Part shown: piece by piece, positions 27,197 through 31,232 of the stretch
Layout of the letters: each line of letters opens with the position of its first letter
Numbering within the stretch: the stretch's first letter is position 1
The notes under the pieces: model-generated
What the model was told of the DNA's origin: nothing
Database searches by the model: none
The model's input: only the letters and a program-made list of their open reading frames with translations
Origin: Promethearchaeota archaeon
GTDB taxonomy: Archaea > Asgardarchaeota > Lokiarchaeia > Sigyniarchaeales > SOKP01
Direction: 5' to 3'
Length of the DNA: 31,232 bases
Assembly (NCBI GenBank): GCA_018238625.1
Contig: JABCSY010000048.1
Coordinates: 1-31,232, forward strand
Position numbers and translations under genes: made by a program

Positions 27197-28300
27197 TTAT
27201 TCTTTAGATTTTGATTTAAGCTTGTAAGGACGATATGCATCTTCAAGCACATTTAGATACTCAATTAAAACCGGCTCTGATTTCGATTTCACGTCGTATT
27301 GATGTAATATCGTATTTAATACATATCTAGGATATACAAGGGAAATATGTAAGTCAGAAAGCAATGCATAATATTTAGTTCCATTTTCGCTTTGGAGTAA
27401 GTGTATAATATTATTATTGCGTAACTTCTTAATTCCGCCGTCTATATCATCTACTCCTTTTTTTCTAAGTTTCTCCAAAGTATTCCTGGTTACTACTGCT
27501 ATTCTCGTTAATTTTAGTATCTCATATAACTGTGGATCAGTGAGAACATCTACTAATTTCAAATTGTCACCTTCAGAAGGTCGATAATTTTGAAAGAATC
27601 TTCTAACTTCAGAGTTGTAAGCTTCGACTAAAGGTTCAGGAAGTCCTCGCTCTACAGGATCGTTTATTATTTTGAGAGGTGGCCTTCTAATCATGAATAT
27701 GTCGTTTATGAAAAATAATAGTTCAGAAGGCATTCCTTTTACAGAAGCTTCTTTAATTATCTCTTTTTTAATCAGTTCAATTAAGATCGCATCAATATCA
27801 AAAAAGCCTCTACGGTATTTATCTTTTAACCACACTTTTAGCTCTGATTTGGAAACGACTCCTTCGTCTCTTAATCTGTTTAGGAGTAATCTATTTATTT
27901 CATCTTGAAAAGTTAAAGCGAGAGCTTGTTCATCGTTTAGATGAGGGTAAGCAGACAAACGTTGAAATAAAAATGGAATCATTTCAAGATATGCTCGATT
28001 TTCATAATTCTGAAGGATTATCCGTGATATATCCGCCAATCCGCCTTCGTAAAGGTCTGGATCGTCATCCAAGTTTAAAATTAAAATGAGATATAACGGC
28101 CTTTCACCTCCAGTGAAGTATGATGCAATATTCAAATGACCCACCATTAAGCTTATCATTCCTGGGTCTCCTGTATATTCATGAGCTGCATAGATTTGCA
28201 TTAAGGTCTCATCCGATATGATAACTTCTTTGGGGTACTTTGTAATAATATCCGTACTTACTTTAGGGTCCCATCTCATTACGATAAATCCAATTGGCAT
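27197..28300 (-). CDS. Hypothetical protein with N-terminal longin/uDENN-like domain and putative C-terminal winged-helix domains
   Basis: N-terminus GFIVMRWDPKVSTDIITKYP...ISDETLMQIY...GMISLMV...NIASYF...LYLILIL fits a longin topology; two segments with a wHTH-like pattern follow. The CDS is solid; the domain call is inference. Confidence 0.8.
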   Translation of the reverse strand: MPIGFIVMRWDPKVSTDIITKYPKEVIISDETLMQIYAAHEYTGDPGMISLMVGHLNIASYFTGGERPLYLILILNLDDDPDLYEGGLADISRIILQNYENRAYLEMIPFLFQRLSAYPHLNDEQALALTFQDEINRLLLNRLRDEGVVSKSELKVWLKDKYRRGFFDIDAILIELIKKEIIKEASVKGMPSELLFFINDIFMIRRPPLKIINDPVERGLPEPLVEAYNSEVRRFFQNYRPSEGDNLKLVDVLTDPQLYEILKLTRIAVVTRNTLEKLRKKGVDDIDGGIKKLRNNNIIHLLQSENGTKYYALLSDLHISLVYPRYVLNTILHQYDVKSKSEPVLIEYLNVLEDAYRPYKLKSKSKE

Positions 28301-31230
28301 TAGTTTCTATCGCCTCCTTTTTTGGATTTTTTTCCTTTCAATGGAATAGGCTTTAATTTCAAATCACGAATACCTAACGTATCTTCAAGGGAAAGATCTA
28401 AATTTTTCCAATCTTCTCCAAATAACTTCAGCATCATTTGTTCCTTTGTTTTGATTGCATAAGATTCAGATATAGGTTTTTTTGATTTTATCGTACTTTT
28501 AACTTTCCTAATTTTTTTGACGAATTTTGGAATTCTCGCTTGTTGAATAACCCTATAAGCTGTTAAACTTCCAACAATACCAATAATAGCAGCAGCAATT
28601 AAGATAAAGTAAAACATGGGCATACCAGGAAATATCTCTTCCATTTGTACATTAACAACTATTCTAATATCTTGAGATGTGAAATTTACGTTTTGAACTC
28701 TTATTATTCCAGACAAGAGATTTGGAGCGAAAAATGCTTCAATTGCTTCGGTTTCGAAAGTCAATGAATATATACCAGGAGAAGTTTCGTTAAAAGTGTA
28801 TTCATACCCTCCAATATTAAGGGTTACCGTAGCGTTTTCTAACGGAATATTTCCTCTGGTGATATCATGTAAATTTATTTCAAAACTTGCGCTTTCTCCA
28901 TGAACTACATTAACTTGATTTCCCACTGAATTTTCTACGCTTATCTCAACCTCAAATTCTCTTAAAACAATCTCTAAATTAATAAGGGCTGATTTTGTTT
29001 CATAGTTTTCTTTTTGTAATGTAACATATAAAAAGTAAAAACCGACTTGTTGATGTTCTGTGTTGAAGTCTAAAGCATAAGTTTTATTTTCACTTTGTAT
29101 TAGCGTTCCTGAACCGTCTCGACCCGAAATAATACTTCCATTTTCATATAATTCTTGCCATATATAAGTAGCAATTGTCAAATCCCCTATTGTTTCCAGC
29201 GTATTAGCATCGCTATAAATAAACATGAAATTGTGAGCGTCCTGAACCCATACTTTTGGGTTTAGATATACTAATTCGCTTTGTCCGTTAAGATCAGTTT
29301 TTCTCTCAAGTATATTAAGGTAAATCAAGAAATTAGATTGCGTAGTATAATTTTCAAATGAAGCTATAACATTAACAATTTTAAGCCCCGTACTTTGAGC
29401 ATCTGAAGTGTTGATTGTAAAGGTATAATACAAGTTATTTAAAGGATCTGTAAATATATTAATAGGGTTAAGACCAATCCAAGTATAAGTTAATGTAGCA
29501 CCGTTTAATGGTGCACTTGTTTCATCTATGCAATATTGTATTGAAATATTTACAAGTTCATTGTAATATGCAGTAATAGACTGATCCAATATCTCTACAC
29601 GCGTCTCATAATCATGTAAACTAATATCTGTAGGTATGGTTTTCACCTTGACTATGAAATTCACTGAATTAGGTTCTGGATATCCAGGATATAAACCTTC
29701 TATTACCACGTAATATAATTTATAGGTTCCTCCCGCAGATAATCTGTTAGAATTAATCGTTTTCGAAAAGTTTCCAGGGCCCGATCCTGCTCCCATAGTC
29801 TCAGTTATTAAATTGATCTCTGAACCGATCTCTCTAAAGTACAATGTACATATCGCACTAGGATGGGTTATGGCATTCCACGTAACTCCATTGTCTAGAG
29901 TATAATCGAAGATTACAGAATAGGTTAAATCTTCTCCCCAAAACACTTCTAATGTCCCAGAAGAATTAAAGAATGCTGTGTTATAATTTGTAATGTTTAT
30001 TTCTTGTGTGAAGATTACATTAAATGTTATGGAAGCTTGTCCGTATAAAGTGTAATTATAAGACTGAACACCGTTATTATCTGTTGGGCACCATTGATTA
30101 TCAGGAGATAATAATGTTACATTGAAATCTGCGTTCGTTATGTTAACAATATCAATTGAAAAATTATATACTCTATCTTTGAAAAACCAAAATGGAATGT
30201 CATTAGTTTGACCGTAAGCGTACCCATCTCTACTAGAATCAGATATTAGGTTAGTTATAGCCTCTCCAGTTTGATTGTCAAAAACCTTAACTACCGCATC
30301 AACTGGTGCTCCCTCTGGGGATAGTTTATTTATATTTATAACTCTAACATTTAATCTTGATAAATGCGTTCTATTTAAGACGTTGCAAGTCTCGAGTAAA
30401 TCAATCGTAATAAGCCCATTACATGTAGTATCATTTACACCGTTTATCTCAATAAATAATCCATAAACCTCGAACTTTTCACTTTCCAACTTTGAGTTTT
30501 CAACCTTAGGGATGTCAATTTCTATAAAGTCGTTGTTTTCGTTAAAACCATATCCATCTTCGAAATAAATTAGGTTTTCATCGCCAGTACCTGTTGAGTT
30601 GAATTTATCTATGTAATAAATCGAAACATTCGTTAGTTGATTGTTCATTCCCGTTAATGTGATGTTGGCTTTAATTATTTCCTTATTTCCAAAATCGGTT
30701 CTCGAGCCGTCAGTATAAACTATCTCTTGTACAAGGTATCGTTCTTCACTCGAAGATGCTAAGTTTGTGTCATCAACTAATAGAGCGTGAGTTTTGCTTT
30801 TTGCGCTTTCATATTCAGCCCTAGTAATGTATGACTCGTTTAGCAGAAACGGACTTTCGCTATAATCATCGTTTGCGTAAAAAACTCTGAAATAATAATC
30901 TGGATTATTAAGCCATCGAAATATCGCTTTTCCATTACTATCCAGCGTTAAAGTATCTAATAAAGCACCACCATAACTTTCATTGATTTCTATGTACCCA
31001 TAATTTAAAGGAATTCCTTCCCAATCTGTAACCTCAAAATCTATCGTCCACAAATTCAAGGTTAAATCAAAACTATACGATGTTCCGTTAAGGATTTTTA
31101 CCATACTTCCTACAAATTCTTCACGAGATTCTAAAGTGTAATTTGCTGTAATATTATATTCGCCATTGAGTAATCCTGAGAAGGATACTGAACCATTGAA
31201 AGCAGAAGTATATGCTGAATCAACAATATA
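28300..31230 (-). CDS. Very large single-pass surface glycoprotein-like protein (beta-sandwich/Ig-like repeats, C-terminal TM, basic cytoplasmic tail), 5' end outside window
   Basis: The frame stays open from the window edge (YIVDSAYTSAFNGSVSFSGLLNGEYNITANY...GSMVKIL), so ATG 31104 is internal. It is beta-rich and T/N/Y-rich, has about 20 N-x-S/T sequons, a TM segment FYFILIAAAIIGIVGSLTAY and a K-rich tail of about 80 aa. Confidence 0.88.
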   Translation of the reverse strand, partial: YIVDSAYTSAFNGSVSFSGLLNGEYNITANYTLESREEFVGSMVKILNGTSYSFDLTLNLWTIDFEVTDWEGIPLNYGYIEINESYGGALLDTLTLDSNGKAIFRWLNNPDYYFRVFYANDDYSESPFLLNESYITRAEYESAKSKTHALLVDDTNLASSSEERYLVQEIVYTDGSRTDFGNKEIIKANITLTGMNNQLTNVSIYYIDKFNSTGTGDENLIYFEDGYGFNENNDFIEIDIPKVENSKLESEKFEVYGLFIEINGVNDTTCNGLITIDLLETCNVLNRTHLSRLNVRVININKLSPEGAPVDAVVKVFDNQTGEAITNLISDSSRDGYAYGQTNDIPFWFFKDRVYNFSIDIVNITNADFNVTLLSPDNQWCPTDNNGVQSYNYTLYGQASITFNVIFTQEINITNYNTAFFNSSGTLEVFWGEDLTYSVIFDYTLDNGVTWNAITHPSAICTLYFREIGSEINLITETMGAGSGPGNFSKTINSNRLSAGGTYKLYYVVIEGLYPGYPEPNSVNFIVKVKTIPTDISLHDYETRVEILDQSITAYYNELVNISIQYCIDETSAPLNGATLTYTWIGLNPINIFTDPLNNLYYTFTINTSDAQSTGLKIVNVIASFENYTTQSNFLIYLNILERKTDLNGQSELVYLNPKVWVQDAHNFMFIYSDANTLETIGDLTIATYIWQELYENGSIISGRDGSGTLIQSENKTYALDFNTEHQQVGFYFLYVTLQKENYETKSALINLEIVLREFEVEISVENSVGNQVNVVHGESASFEINLHDITRGNIPLENATVTLNIGGYEYTFNETSPGIYSLTFETEAIEAFFAPNLLSGIIRVQNVNFTSQDIRIVVNVQMEEIFPGMPMFYFILIAAAIIGIVGSLTAYRVIQQARIPKFVKKIRKVKSTIKSKKPISESYAIKTKEQMMLKLFGEDWKNLDLSLEDTLGIRDLKLKPIPLKGKKSKKGGDRN
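28313..28317 (-). promoter_or_regulatory. Shine-Dalgarno-like GGAGG inside the upstream gene end, with TAATG stop/start overlap at 28300
   Basis: Minus strand reads AAAGGAGGCGATAGAAACTAATG. Confidence 0.6.
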
Positions 31231-31232
31231 AC

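Noticed and set aside
18-30466. Short ORF-track entries antisense to or nested in longer genes (e.g. 18..218, 1754..1963, 4007..4354, 6837..7118, 9641..10030, 12376..12642, 13210..13476, 19100..19336, 24246..24629, 27672..27908, 30275..30466)
   Set aside because: They overlap motif-supported CDSs and show the composition typical of shadow frames, with no recognisable motifs.
1-31232. rRNA, tRNA, prophage or defence-island genes
   Set aside because: No GC-rich structured RNA segments in the intergenic gaps, and no phage, Cas or restriction-modification motifs beyond the TA pair, PIN remnant and a stand-alone TatD.

Overview
AT-rich, gene-dense chromosomal window with about 27 plausible CDSs and no rRNA, tRNA, CRISPR array or transposase that I can see. 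The gene content points to an Asgard archaeon, probably Lokiarchaeia/Promethearchaeia (inference): a longin-fused small GTPase, a longin-like protein, a very large glycoprotein-like surface protein, expanded HdrD/GlpC-type Fe-S proteins and T-tract terminators. The left part is metabolic: sulfatase, three paralogous Fe-S/CCG-like proteins, transglutaminase-like protein, nitronate monooxygenase/FabK-like protein, GH2 beta-glucuronidase, TatD, nitrilase and a membrane protein + EEP pair resembling CWH43. The centre holds a bacterial-type NAD-dependent DNA ligase. After it comes a nested insertion site, where the 3' end of a Fe-S gene is duplicated around a small membrane gene and a RelE/ParE-type toxin-antitoxin pair. 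The right part has an SCP2/FAD-oxidase/Fe-S operon and a CdhC-like + CooC pair. It ends with the most interesting locus: a large single-pass surface protein translationally coupled to a longin + winged-helix-like protein, converging on a longin-GTPase with a repeat-expanded, TSP3-like acidic tail. This is a candidate surface-to-GTPase signalling module. All family assignments come from motif recognition by eye; no database search was run.
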